A DNA stretch of 64,000 nt from a virus. Position 1 is the first letter of the stretch. Each line of letters opens with the position of its first letter. Under the pieces are notes generated by a model. That model was not told where the DNA came from and did not search any database. It saw only the letters and a program-made list of their open reading frames with translations. The stretch lies in IMG/VR virus record IMGVR_UViG_3300020179_001470, positions 1-64,000 of that record. One strand, 5' to 3'. Of this stretch, positions 19,933 through 30,159 are shown in pieces. The translations under genes were made by a program, and so were the position numbers.

Positions 19933-21507
19933 ATGAAAAAACCCACACTACAAGAAGAATTACAACGAATCCATGAAATTACCTACGGTAAATCAATGGT
20001 AAATGAAAATTTTATCGATGATTTATTAAGTAAAATTGGGTTAGGTAAAAAAGATGAAAAAAAAGTAGACGACCCCAAAAAGGCGGACTTAGTATCTGAC
20101 GATGTTAAACAGTTCTTCTCAACATTGGAGAATATAAAAACTGAATTAACACAACAGACAGCTGGTAATTACAAATATCAAAAAGATGTTGAGAGTGTTC
20201 AAATAGGTTTACTTTTGTTAGGTTACGAACTACCTAAACACGGGGTAGATGGTAAATACGGTCCCGAAACCGCTAATGCAATATCCGAATTCAAAAAAGA
20301 CAATAATTTAGATAAAGATTCCCAACCAATATCTGAGTCAATTCTTCTTTCAATACTTGAAGACTTTGAATTGATTAAAGAAAAAGTTGAGTTGGTTCAA
20401 TTGGATGACACGTCATATCCAAATGTAAAATTTGATAAGGACGGAACACAATACGATGAAGTTAATAAAGCGTTGTTAGATGACCTACAAAAAGCTGCAG
20501 CTTCGGTTGGTGTTATCGCAACAATAACCACCGCAAAAACTGGTCACGGTTTTCTAACAAAGTCAGGGAACCAAAGTAGACATATGACCCAAACGGCGGT
20601 TGATATTTCAATATTGGACGGTGAGGGTTCTGCTAAGGCAACAAATTCAACGAATGGTAGTCCATCATTCAGAGATAAAGGTAATTTACTTAAAGATGCT
20701 TTAGTTCAATTGGGTTATGTTTGGAATACTGAGAGTGGAAACGACAAGGCGGTTTTATGGCAAACAAATACAGGTGGTAACCACTTCAACCACTTACACG
20801 TATCAAATAATTCAGGAGCATCTACCGCAGAATTGAGTTCATTAGCACAAGGTACTGGTTCTGTGATGACGGTTGATGACGTAAAAGTCATGGTCGATAA
20901 ATTGAAAAGTAGAGGTGTATCATCTGAAGACCTTAAAAAACATATCGACTCAATCACAACCGGTGGTGGACCTGAGTTTACAGATATAGATATAATGACT
21001 AATGAAGGATATCAAGCATATTCTGAAATATGTCAGAAATTTATCGATAGTAACTCACCAAATCCACTTGGAATTACTGGTGAAATGATGGCGAGAGGTG
21101 CTAGGGGTGCATACGAGAAATATCAAAGATACGTACCACCCGAATTAGCATTAGCACAATTAGTTTTAGAAGGTGGTATTAGAAACGGTAAAATGGACAG
21201 TAGACCTATTAGAACTAAGAACCCTTTCAATGTTGGTAACACCGACAGTGGTTCAAACGTATCTCATAATGATGTTCAAAGTGGTATTGACACATACTAT
21301 AATTTAGTTGCTAGCAATTATTTAGGTAAGGGTAAAACCGCGAAAGACCTGATAAGTAATTTCGTAAATCAAAACGGAAACAGATATGCGAGTTCCATGG
21401 GTTATGAAAAATTACTTGGTAGTATCGCTCAACAAGCAAATAAAACCGCACAACCAATTATGGATAGATTGGCGGGTTCAAAGACCTCTAGTTCTGATGT
21501 GGGGTAA
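19933..21507 (+). CDS. Multidomain cell-wall hydrolase-like protein (PG-binding, Zn-peptidase-like, lysozyme-like), possibly virion-associated
   Basis: GVDGKYGPETANAI (PG-binding); SRH...AVDI...HFNHLHV (M15-like); LALAQLVLEG...NPFNVG...YA (lysozyme-like). Confidence 0.65.
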   Translation: MKKPTLQEELQRIHEITYGKSMVNENFIDDLLSKIGLGKKDEKKVDDPKKADLVSDDVKQFFSTLENIKTELTQQTAGNYKYQKDVESVQIGLLLLGYELPKHGVDGKYGPETANAISEFKKDNNLDKDSQPISESILLSILEDFELIKEKVELVQLDDTSYPNVKFDKDGTQYDEVNKALLDDLQKAAASVGVIATITTAKTGHGFLTKSGNQSRHMTQTAVDISILDGEGSAKATNSTNGSPSFRDKGNLLKDALVQLGYVWNTESGNDKAVLWQTNTGGNHFNHLHVSNNSGASTAELSSLAQGTGSVMTVDDVKVMVDKLKSRGVSSEDLKKHIDSITTGGGPEFTDIDIMTNEGYQAYSEICQKFIDSNSPNPLGITGEMMARGARGAYEKYQRYVPPELALAQLVLEGGIRNGKMDSRPIRTKNPFNVGNTDSGSNVSHNDVQSGIDTYYNLVASNYLGKGKTAKDLISNFVNQNGNRYASSMGYEKLLGSIAQQANKTAQPIMDRLAGSKTSSSDVG

Positions 21508-21560
21508 ATTTTATTTATAATTTAATATTTTTTACATATCTTTTCATAAAACAAAAAGTT

Positions 21561-21785
21561 ATGGCAAAAGATACCTGTGTAATGTGTGGTGTTGAAACAC
21601 CATATGAGTTTAATACTCACATTGACTTGAGAAATGGATATGTTGAAGGTTTAGGACAGTTATGTGTGAAATGTTATGAACGAGACGAAACAGAAACAAT
21701 ATTAGTTCCCATCAGTTTAATAAAGAGTACACCAAACAATATGGAGTTGGGTGAAAAAGTCAGAAGATTGTCTGATAAGTATTAA
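21561..21785 (+). CDS. Small Zn-finger protein
   Basis: CVMC...YVEGLGQLCVKC. Confidence 0.65.
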   Translation: MAKDTCVMCGVETPYEFNTHIDLRNGYVEGLGQLCVKCYERDETETILVPISLIKSTPNNMELGEKVRRLSDKY

Positions 21786-21828
21786 TAATTCCATTTTTGG
21801 TTGTATTTATATGTAAAGAATTATTTCT

Positions 21829-23019
21829 ATGGATAAATTAACCGAAAAATATTTAAGACGTATTATTTCCGAATCGTACATCTCCGATGTGGAGGAAATG
21901 GCGTACAAACAAAAAGGGGTTCGAGATGATAAAGGTAAATTAGTAAAATACAAACCTTTTTTTAAAGAAGATAATGATACGGATATTCCCGATTATTGGA
22001 TTGCTAACCCCACTTTACAAGAAGGCGCGGAAATATTAGTAGTACCATTGGATTGTCAGGAACTTGAGGAATTTAAAAACGCAAACCAAGAGTTCTTAGA
22101 AAAAATCAAAGAACTTCACAATTTAGAGCCACAATTAGCCGCTTGTAAAAGAGGAAAATATCATAGACCTATTGAAAAATATGTAGAAGGTGGTTACAAA
22201 CCAACAGGGGCTAGTTATAGTGAATCCGAAAAAATTAAAAGAAGATTTTTTGACGTAATTGCTCGTAATTTAGAGGATGAGTCTTTCGCTCAGGAATTAA
22301 ATAAGAGAAGTATTCCGGCGGTTATTGCGAGAGACAGGTCAAATGTTAACCAATACGGTAAGTTTACAAATCAAAAAATAGAATACAAGACTCACAATAA
22401 TAACGCATATCAATCAGCAAAAGACTTTTTAATGGCTGCTGTTGCTCGTGTTCAGGGTAAAGAAACACCAGAAATGAAAACATTCTATATGGCACGTCAA
22501 TACAATACAAACTATAATAATTGGCGAGCCGATAAAAAAATGTTAAAACAATATTCGGGTAAAACTGACAAATACATGTTGGATGCATATGGTTTAGAAC
22601 AAGATAACTTGGATGTAACTATTAGAATGGATTTTGAAATAACTGGTGAACCATTGGGTGACAATAGTTATACATGGAATGTCAGAATGGTGACTAAATT
22701 AGGTAAAAAACTTGAGGATGAAAGTGGATTGAAGGGTGGATTCTTAGATGATAAGTTAATTCAATCTTCATCAACCGCACAACTTAGACCTGGTACTGAG
22801 TTCAACGATAATTACACAGTTATGGACAACAAAGAAGTTGTTGATGCGTTAATTCAAGCTATCGATGACTTGAAATCACAGGTCATGACCTTAGACCCGA
22901 AAGAAACATTAAAAGCTGCGACCGTTAAAAGATACCAAATTGGAAATCCACCAAATCAAGTTAACGAATCAGTTAAGAAAAAACTGATAAACAGGATAGT
23001 CCAAAAAGTGGTTAAATAA
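21829..23019 (+). CDS. Hypothetical protein, possibly a head/internal protein
   Basis: TATTTAT upstream; IISES and VNES motifs near the termini. Confidence 0.5.
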   Translation: MDKLTEKYLRRIISESYISDVEEMAYKQKGVRDDKGKLVKYKPFFKEDNDTDIPDYWIANPTLQEGAEILVVPLDCQELEEFKNANQEFLEKIKELHNLEPQLAACKRGKYHRPIEKYVEGGYKPTGASYSESEKIKRRFFDVIARNLEDESFAQELNKRSIPAVIARDRSNVNQYGKFTNQKIEYKTHNNNAYQSAKDFLMAAVARVQGKETPEMKTFYMARQYNTNYNNWRADKKMLKQYSGKTDKYMLDAYGLEQDNLDVTIRMDFEITGEPLGDNSYTWNVRMVTKLGKKLEDESGLKGGFLDDKLIQSSSTAQLRPGTEFNDNYTVMDNKEVVDALIQAIDDLKSQVMTLDPKETLKAATVKRYQIGNPPNQVNESVKKKLINRIVQKVVK

Positions 23020-23033
23020 ATTAAAACCAAATT

Positions 23034-23062
23034 AAATCCCGAGAAATCGGGATTTTTTTTTT
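23034..23062 (+). terminator. Intrinsic terminator
   Basis: AAATCCCGA-GAAA-TCGGGATTT followed by a T tract. Confidence 0.9.
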
Positions 23063-23105
23063 GAGATTTTTTTGAATATCTGAAAATTTTCGCTATATTT
23101 GTGCT

Positions 23106-23240
23106 ATGGAAACCCAAAGAAAATTAGCGTCAATTAGGATTATTAATCAGATTCAACCCATTGAAGGGGCTGACATGATTGAACTGGCAACCGTTGGTGG
23201 TTGGAATGTCGTTGTTGCTAAGTACGTCAACAGATTTTAG
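23106..23240 (+). pseudogene. Truncated RNA ligase (DRB0094-type) N-terminus
   Basis: METQRKLASIRIINQIQPIEGADMIELATVGGWNVVVAKYVNRF*; no ligase core follows. Confidence 0.65.
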
Positions 23241-23245
23241 TTAAT

Positions 23246-23902
23246 ATGTTAAAAATAAAAGAGAACAGAAAAGTTTGGATTACATCCGACACACACTTTG
23301 GTCACACTAATATTTGTAGAGGTATAACTAATTGGAGAATGCTTGATGGTTCGATTCCTGTGAAACAAACAAGGGATTTTGAAACTATTGAAAAAATGAA
23401 CTCAGCAATTGTAAACAACATAAATTCAGTTGTTGGTCAAGACGATATTTTAATTCACTTGGGTGATTGGTCATTCGGTGGATTTGAGAATATCGAAATA
23501 TTCAGAAACAGAATAGTTTGTCAAGAGATTCACCTTGTATTAGGTAACCATGACCACCATATTGAAAGGAACAAACAGAACTGTCAAAGTCTGTTTGCTT
23601 CGGTTCAAGATTTCTTAAGAATGGAATACTTGGGTCACACCTATGAGATGATGCACTACCCTATAACCTCTTGGAATAATCTGAGAAAGGGTAGAATCCA
23701 TTTACATGGACATTGTCACTTACCTCATTACGCCAAAATTAGTGGTGGACGTAGGATGGATGTGGGTATGGATGGAAGTCCTGAGTTCAGACCATATGAT
23801 TTCGAACACGAAATTCTAAAACCAATGTTGAAAGTTGCAATTGGTTCTGAGATGGGCTCATTAGACCACCACTTCTATGAAATGCAAAATGTTGTGGGTT
23901 AA
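23246..23902 (+). CDS. Calcineurin-like metallophosphoesterase
   Basis: SDTHFGH, HLGD, GNHD, HGHCH. Confidence 0.9.
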   Translation: MLKIKENRKVWITSDTHFGHTNICRGITNWRMLDGSIPVKQTRDFETIEKMNSAIVNNINSVVGQDDILIHLGDWSFGGFENIEIFRNRIVCQEIHLVLGNHDHHIERNKQNCQSLFASVQDFLRMEYLGHTYEMMHYPITSWNNLRKGRIHLHGHCHLPHYAKISGGRRMDVGMDGSPEFRPYDFEHEILKPMLKVAIGSEMGSLDHHFYEMQNVVG

Positions 23903-23940
23903 ATTTGAAATTACAGAAAAAAAAATTTATATTTTATATT

Positions 23941-24264
23941 ATGTTTCGTAAAATCTTTACCAACATCATCAAATCCAAAACGACGATTACTTTTTTAGTA
24001 TTCTTCTTTATTGGTATGAGTTATCAATTTTTAATCTTTCCCGGATTAACTGTGGCCAACACAATAATCAACATTATCTCGGTAATTTTTTTGGTGGGTA
24101 CGATAATGTTTGTACTATTTTATGTGAGATTCATGTATTTCAATGATAAACCATTTGAATTATTCACACCTGACCCAAACAAAACACCCGAGACAGAACT
24201 TGATTATAATCCTAAAAAAGTTAACAAGAAAAAAACTAAAACAAAAACTAAAAAAACAATTTAA
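23941..24264 (+). CDS. Membrane protein
   Basis: Two TM-like segments and a basic tail; start moved to ATG 23941. Confidence 0.6.
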   Translation: MFRKIFTNIIKSKTTITFLVFFFIGMSYQFLIFPGLTVANTIINIISVIFLVGTIMFVLFYVRFMYFNDKPFELFTPDPNKTPETELDYNPKKVNKKKTKTKTKKTI

Positions 24265-24271
24265 AACAAAG

Positions 24272-24295
24272 AACCCCTCGAAAGAGGGGTTTTTT
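24272..24295 (+). terminator. Intrinsic terminator
   Basis: AACCCCTC-GAAA-GAGGGGTT followed by a T tract. Confidence 0.9.
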
Positions 24296-24329
24296 GTTTA
24301 CATACGATATTTATATATAAAAGAAAAAA

Positions 24330-24563
24330 ATGAAAAAAGTAGTTAAATTATCAATCAAAGACATAGAAGGTATCGTTAAAAGAACGTTAAGTGAAGCAGA
24401 AATAGATGATTTCACCATGAAACAACAACCCGAAGAATTACCGGGGGCACAAGATTACGATGATGAACAAGAATTAAAAAGAACTGTGGCTATTGGTAAG
24501 GGTGACGATGGAAAAATATACGTGACAGATGTTGAGACTGGTGAAATAATTGCGACGAAGTAA
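24330..24563 (+). CDS. Small protein, possibly a head-associated late protein
   Basis: MKKVVKLSIKDIEGIVKRTLSE leader; TATTTAT upstream. Confidence 0.55.
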   Translation: MKKVVKLSIKDIEGIVKRTLSEAEIDDFTMKQQPEELPGAQDYDDEQELKRTVAIGKGDDGKIYVTDVETGEIIATK

Positions 24564-24564
24564 A

Positions 24565-25068
24565 CTACTGATGACTAACTTTTTTCTTCAGATTCTTAAT
24601 CATCCCAATTAATTTCTCATCTCTTTTATTATTAATAATTGTAGTGGTATTAGATGATTCGGGAATCATCACCATAACTCTGACAGAACTATCTTCATCA
24701 TTAATATTATAAGTTTTACGAGACATTAAGTTCACTACTCTTGTCTCGTTTTTCATTTTATTAGTGTAGTTCTCAATGTCACTTATCATGCTTAATATCT
24801 CATTTTCCCTTTTAACCATTTCATTGGTACACTCTCTTTGATTTTCTATTACCTGATTGTTTAATTCATTAATTCTATTATTTAGTTGTACAATCTGACT
24901 ATTTTGAGATTCAATTCTGATTTTTAATTCTTTGTCATTATATGTTATGGATTCGGTGATTTTGGGTCCAACCGAGATAATTATAGTTGAAAATAACAAA
25001 ATAGACAGAGCAACAATTCTTTGTCTTTGTGTGAATTTTAGTAATATTTCAGATATGTACTTAAACAT
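24565..25068 (-). CDS. Membrane-anchored coiled-coil protein
   Basis: N-terminal TM followed by a heptad-rich region. Confidence 0.6.
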   Translation of the reverse strand: MFKYISEILLKFTQRQRIVALSILLFSTIIISVGPKITESITYNDKELKIRIESQNSQIVQLNNRINELNNQVIENQRECTNEMVKRENEILSMISDIENYTNKMKNETRVVNLMSRKTYNINDEDSSVRVMVMIPESSNTTTIINNKRDEKLIGMIKNLKKKVSHQ

Positions 25069-25095
25069 ATAATAATAAATATTTAAAAATAAGTT

Positions 25096-25440
25096 ATGGT
25101 AAAGAAAAGGGGTCTAATCACAAAAGTAATCACGGTCTACAATTCACGGACCGATGATGAAATTGATTTGTTTGTCACATATGAAATAGTTGATTCTGAG
25201 AATTTAGAAGACGATGAGACATATTTTAATTCAAACTATGAAATCGATATAAAATCATTCGAACCTAATAACGAATCCGAAGAATTATTAGAATGGGTTA
25301 CTGAAGATTTAGTTTATGATTATTTGTACGATGAGATAGAAATAGACATGTCAGAAGATGAACTGACTGAAGAGGAAAGTGATGACGAGTTTTATGAAGA
25401 TTATGAAAACGATTACTTAGAAGGCGACGAGGATTATTAA
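25096..25440 (+). CDS. Highly acidic protein
   Basis: D/E-rich C-terminal half. Confidence 0.6.
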   Translation: MVKKRGLITKVITVYNSRTDDEIDLFVTYEIVDSENLEDDETYFNSNYEIDIKSFEPNNESEELLEWVTEDLVYDYLYDEIEIDMSEDELTEEESDDEFYEDYENDYLEGDEDY

Positions 25441-25499
25441 TTTTAACGATACGATTTGTTTTTTACTAAAAATTTTCTTATCTTTTTAAAAAAAATTAT

Positions 25500-26201
25500 A
25501 TGTCCTATTTAAATACACCAATTCCAGTAGTGGAAGCTTTTATACGTGGTAATTTCCTCAGAAATCAAGAAGATTCACATGAAAAAAAATTTCCTTGTTA
25601 TATTTTTGGGATGTCCTCAATTCCTGCACAAGCACCCTTATTTCATTTTATAATGGAGGACGGTGCTTTGTGGTGGAGAATGCCAATCCACGCTTTCTGT
25701 TGGAAAGAAGATGCGCCAGAACAAGAACTTGACGAACTGGTATTGTGGGATTCTTTCTCTTACCATGTGGGTGCAATATCATTCCCAATGTTAAAAAATA
25801 AAACTTGTAAATTCACATCACGAAGAAGAATTCAATACAGTGGTAGGTATCTATTTACATTAGATTGGGGTTCGTCATCAGACATGAGTGATACCGATTT
25901 TGGTCTCAGTGAGTTTCCATCACAACACAAGTGCGGTCACTTTATTGCAATGGATAATGGAAACTTTGCAATTCAACCAAATAATAGGTTACTCATTCAC
26001 GACCCATCTTTTACCGTTAAAGAAGAGTTGGTTATCCATAGAAAATATAACACAACTCTGTGGACGGCAGAGAGAAATATGAGGTGGGTTACACCGGATA
26101 CTGACATTATGAACTACGACCATACAGATTTAGAAATGGGTGAAAGTAACAAGTTAAGGTCGGACGAATACAACAAACCTGATAATGAGGGTACAGTATA
26201 A
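25500..26201 (+). CDS. Hypothetical protein
   Basis: 233-aa ORF; no function recognised. Confidence 0.65.
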   Translation: MSYLNTPIPVVEAFIRGNFLRNQEDSHEKKFPCYIFGMSSIPAQAPLFHFIMEDGALWWRMPIHAFCWKEDAPEQELDELVLWDSFSYHVGAISFPMLKNKTCKFTSRRRIQYSGRYLFTLDWGSSSDMSDTDFGLSEFPSQHKCGHFIAMDNGNFAIQPNNRLLIHDPSFTVKEELVIHRKYNTTLWTAERNMRWVTPDTDIMNYDHTDLEMGESNKLRSDEYNKPDNEGTV

Positions 26202-26802
26202 ACATGAAAATGGTTTTTTCTTTAACGAGAGAGTTTTTTGTGAAGTTTATTGTACGCCTGAAAACGAATCAAACGATGATTTATTAAATCAAGGGTGGCT
26301 ACCTTCGATGGAAGAAATGGGTATATGGTACCAATCTCGAAGTTGTAGGATAAATCTGAATCATTTCACGATATCAAAGAAAAGAAGGTATATAATAAAA
26401 AAATTAGACGTTTCATTTTCAAATGAAAATGACAATCATATGATTGACAAGTTTTTTGAGGATTATTACAAAGTTATGGGGTACGATATAATGGATATTT
26501 ACCATAATTGCTCAAAATTTTTTAATCCTAAAATGTTAATTATACACCACGATAATAATATAGTTGGTGTTGCTAAGTATGTTGAAAATGAAGACTCTAA
26601 CCTTTTCCTGAATTTATCTTACAAACACGATTACGATAAGTTATCATTGGGCACCAACTTGTTTTATATACTTTCTGATATTACAAAAAAACAAAACAAA
26701 AACTATTTGTACGTTTACGAAACTTACAAAGATACTTTTTCGTATAAACAAAAGTTACCAAATCTTGAAATTTGGAATGGTAGGGAGTGGTGTTCTGAGT
26801 AA
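26185..26802 (+). CDS. Aminoacyl-tRNA--protein transferase-like (ATE1/Bpt) GNAT-fold protein
   Basis: LLNQGW...WYQSRSCRINL..F..SK; C-terminal YDKLSLGT...YLY...YK. Confidence 0.6.
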   Translation: MRVQYKHENGFFFNERVFCEVYCTPENESNDDLLNQGWLPSMEEMGIWYQSRSCRINLNHFTISKKRRYIIKKLDVSFSNENDNHMIDKFFEDYYKVMGYDIMDIYHNCSKFFNPKMLIIHHDNNIVGVAKYVENEDSNLFLNLSYKHDYDKLSLGTNLFYILSDITKKQNKNYLYVYETYKDTFSYKQKLPNLEIWNGREWCSE

Positions 26803-26833
26803 TATTTTAACTTTTTCTATATTTATATAGAAT

Positions 26834-27547
26834 ATGAGACAGGGAGATTTCAACACGTTAAAAGAAACTATAGGTACATTAAATAACTTCAACAAAGTTC
26901 TTTTACTTACTTGTTCAAACAGAGGTGAAGAAGTTTCAAAAACGCAGATTCCAAAATCTAGTATAATTGCAAAACTAATTCATAAGAATTTACCTAGTTC
27001 TACTTTAATAGATGTTACCAAACTAAAAATTTATCCATGTGAGGGTAACGTTTCTAGAATGGAAGGAAATGTTTGTGGTGTAAAAGATGCTTTACTAAAA
27101 GATTCTTTTAAAAATCCGAGTGGGTTTCATAGGTGTTGGGCATCAATTAATAACCCCGATGATGAATTATGGATGGTTAGTAAATCTCTTTTTGAATCAG
27201 ATTGTGTTATTTTTTTCTCTTCGGTAAGATGGGGGGCAGCAAATATGTTTTATCAAAAATTAATTGAGAGACTTAATTGGATAAATAACAGATTTATACC
27301 TTACGGTGAGGATAACATAATAAAAGACATTTCATCAGGGTTTATTATTGTTGGACAACACCAATCTGCATTTGAAATTACTCAAACGCAATTCGAGAAT
27401 CATGACTATTATGGTTTTAAAGCGGACCCAAATTTATATTGGTATTGGAATGCTGAAAACATTCATTTTGACGAAGAAACTTTAGAGGGTTACATTGAGA
27501 GTTATCCTGAATTTTTCATAGATTTTCACATTAGAATAGAAAATTAA
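26834..27547 (+). CDS. Flavodoxin-fold protein (NADPH-dependent FMN reductase / iron-sulfur flavoprotein-like)
   Basis: CSNR...LKIYPCEG...DDEL...SDCVIFFSSVRWG...KLIERL. Confidence 0.7.
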   Translation: MRQGDFNTLKETIGTLNNFNKVLLLTCSNRGEEVSKTQIPKSSIIAKLIHKNLPSSTLIDVTKLKIYPCEGNVSRMEGNVCGVKDALLKDSFKNPSGFHRCWASINNPDDELWMVSKSLFESDCVIFFSSVRWGAANMFYQKLIERLNWINNRFIPYGEDNIIKDISSGFIIVGQHQSAFEITQTQFENHDYYGFKADPNLYWYWNAENIHFDEETLEGYIESYPEFFIDFHIRIEN

Positions 27548-27604
27548 ATCAAAATTTTTTATTTAAAAAATTTATTCTTATACTTGTCATAGATAGAATT
27601 TCTA

Positions 27605-28084
27605 ATGATAAAATATCGTATTTTTTGTGATTTAGATGGTGTGTTAATTGATTTCAACCAAGGTTATAAAGACCTAACGGGTATTGATTTGAGTAAATAC
27701 GAAAATCTGAATGATTCAAAATTTTGGGAACCGATAGAAAACGCCGGTTATGATTTTTGGGTCAACCTTAAATGGATTGAACCCGATGGACACATCCTTT
27801 GGGGACACATTTCAAAATACAACCCAACTCTATTATCCGCTCCGTCAAGGCAAGTTGAATCTCGCATAGGAAAAATGGATTGGGTAAGTAGGGAATTACC
27901 TGGTGTACCTTTAATATTGAGAAGTGCTAAACACAAAAAAGATTTTGCGGGGCCGTACACGATATTAATCGATGACAGAAAAGACACCATAAACGGTTGG
28001 AACGAAAACGGTGGCGAGGGTATCCTTCACACATCTGCCGAAGAAACAATCAAAACACTAAAAGAAAAATATAATTTACACTAA
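27605..28084 (+). CDS. 5'(3')-deoxyribonucleotidase (HAD)
   Basis: FCDLDGVLIDF, LSAP, K..W, LIDDR, W...GGEGILH. Confidence 0.85.
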   Translation: MIKYRIFCDLDGVLIDFNQGYKDLTGIDLSKYENLNDSKFWEPIENAGYDFWVNLKWIEPDGHILWGHISKYNPTLLSAPSRQVESRIGKMDWVSRELPGVPLILRSAKHKKDFAGPYTILIDDRKDTINGWNENGGEGILHTSAEETIKTLKEKYNLH

Positions 28085-28275
28085 TGGCAGAAAATGGTTC
28101 ATCATCAGGAGGAATTGGATTCTTCGGTCTGATGTTTTTAATTTTTATGACACTAAAACTGACTGGTGTTATTGATTGGTCGTGGTGGTGGGTAACCGCA
28201 CCTTTATGGGGTGGATTTGCTCTTATTTTTATAGTCATTATGATTGTTGTACTTGTAAAAACTATTGACAGATGA
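28084..28275 (+). CDS. Small membrane protein
   Basis: LKLTGVIDWSWWWVTAPLW; TAATG overlap with the preceding gene. Confidence 0.75.
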   Translation: MAENGSSSGGIGFFGLMFLIFMTLKLTGVIDWSWWWVTAPLWGGFALIFIVIMIVVLVKTIDR

Positions 28276-28964
28276 TATACGTATCAATAGATATTGAAAC
28301 TTCGGGTCTCGAACCGTTAAACCACAGTGTGTTATCTTTTGGTGCCATTATCGAGGACACCACCAATAAATTACCATATGAGCAATTGCCAAAGTTTAAT
28401 GCTATCGTACTTCAAAATCAAATTACAGGTTCACCGAGAGCGATTTCTATGAACAAAGAAATCATATCCTTAATTGGTGAATATAAGGAGGGTAACGACG
28501 AGGATAGAGCAAACTTAGAACACCATAGTGATTATGTATTTTTAGAAGAGAGTGAACTCTCACAAAAATTCTATGATTTTTTATTCTTAAATGGAGTTTA
28601 TCCAAATTCATGGTTTCAAAAGAATTACCCTAAAACAACATCTTGGGGTTCGTTTAGAAATGTTAATGGAACAATGATACCCGCATTTAACAATCATACA
28701 CCATCTTTGACCATTAATGTCGCTGGTAAAAATTTTGGAACTTTTGATAAACTATTTTTAGACGAACTTCCATGGTGGAGAAAACTAATAAAAATCAGAC
28801 AAAGAATTATTGACCCTTCCGTTTTGTATTGTAAATGGGATGAGGATGAATCAATTCCAAGTCTTAAGAAATGTAAAGAACGTGCCGGTATCGATGGAGA
28901 AGTTACACACACCGCTATTGAGGACGCTTGGGATGTAGTTCAAATGTTACGTAAATTTTATTAA
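28272..28964 (+). CDS. DEDDh 3'-5' exonuclease
   Basis: SIDIETSGL, GKNFGTFD, HTAIEDA. Confidence 0.88.
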   Translation: MIYVSIDIETSGLEPLNHSVLSFGAIIEDTTNKLPYEQLPKFNAIVLQNQITGSPRAISMNKEIISLIGEYKEGNDEDRANLEHHSDYVFLEESELSQKFYDFLFLNGVYPNSWFQKNYPKTTSWGSFRNVNGTMIPAFNNHTPSLTINVAGKNFGTFDKLFLDELPWWRKLIKIRQRIIDPSVLYCKWDEDESIPSLKKCKERAGIDGEVTHTAIEDAWDVVQMLRKFY

Positions 28965-28988
28965 TCAACAAATGTAAATTAAATCAAT

Positions 28989-30050
28989 ATGTCTAAAATA
29001 AAAGAATTAAAACAACACCCCGACAACAACATAAGTATGGTTGATGTCTTTAAAATATTTTGTCCTGAAGGTAAAACTAAGTACATTGAATTTTTACTTC
29101 AACTTATAAAGAATACTAATCATTTGGATGCTTACATTAATCAGTTAAAAGAAAATTTAGAGGCGGAGTTTGGAATTAACCCCGATAAATTAACGGAGTT
29201 AACACCGTTTCAACTTTTCGTATCTTTTAGATTTGTGGAAACGAGCTTAAATTCCACTGACTTGAAAACCTTTCAAAAATTTTGTGATTACAATGAAAGA
29301 GGTTTAATTCACAATAATGATTTGACGAGATATAAAAGTTTTGAGGACGTGATGGGGGCAACAAGTGTTGCAGAAATTAAAGCTTTTGAAAAAGACTTGG
29401 AGAAACAAATTAAAACTCTTTATACCTCTGATGAGTGGATTGTATTGAGACCTCTAACATTCCATGCGTCTAAAAAATACGGTTCATCAACTAAATGGTG
29501 TACGTCATCAGAGAATAATCCTGATTATTTCTTGAGATACTCTAAAAGAGGTATTCTTGTATATTTTATTAACAAGTTTACAGGATTGAAGGTCGGAGCG
29601 TTCAAATCTTTAGATGGTGAACCAGAATATTCTTTTTGGAATCAAGTGGATTCAAGAATTGATTCTATGGAAAGTGGATTACCTGATTTCATTTTGGATG
29701 TACTCAAAAAAGAAGTTAGTGAGAATCCGGTAACCAACAATTCCTTGTTGTCTGAAGAAGATAGAATCAAAGAGGATATGTTATTGAATGAGGGTCTCAA
29801 AAAAATGGGGGTACGGGAAGAACCAACGGATATGGAAGCCCCAACGGATGAAGCTGTGATGAGTGAAGCGGCGCCTATGGATTATAGAAATGTTGATATT
29901 AGAGAAGAGAGAGAATGGGCGATTGAAAGTGGTAATGAATCTCCCATGGAAGAAAGGTCATATGAGGAAAGTGGAATGATGTCGGGAGAACCGAGAGAAG
30001 TCCTACGAGGAAGTTATGACAATGAAAACGCAGCAATGAGGAGAATTTAA
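28989..30050 (+). CDS. Hypothetical phage protein (YG..TKWC motif)
   Basis: ASKKYGSSTKWCTS; acidic low-complexity tail. Confidence 0.65.
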   Translation: MSKIKELKQHPDNNISMVDVFKIFCPEGKTKYIEFLLQLIKNTNHLDAYINQLKENLEAEFGINPDKLTELTPFQLFVSFRFVETSLNSTDLKTFQKFCDYNERGLIHNNDLTRYKSFEDVMGATSVAEIKAFEKDLEKQIKTLYTSDEWIVLRPLTFHASKKYGSSTKWCTSSENNPDYFLRYSKRGILVYFINKFTGLKVGAFKSLDGEPEYSFWNQVDSRIDSMESGLPDFILDVLKKEVSENPVTNNSLLSEEDRIKEDMLLNEGLKKMGVREEPTDMEAPTDEAVMSEAAPMDYRNVDIREEREWAIESGNESPMEERSYEESGMMSGEPREVLRGSYDNENAAMRRI

Positions 30051-30072
30051 TCATAATCAAATCTAAAATTGT

Positions 30073-30101
30073 AAAGAGGGACTTCGGTCCCTCTTTTTTT
30101 T
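30073..30101 (+). terminator. Intrinsic terminator
   Basis: AAAGAGGGAC-TTCG-GTCCCTCTTT followed by a T tract. Confidence 0.92.
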
Positions 30102-30159
30102 AAAAAAAATTTGTATATCTCAAATACTAGTTGTATATTTGTTTGTAAATCATAAAAAA

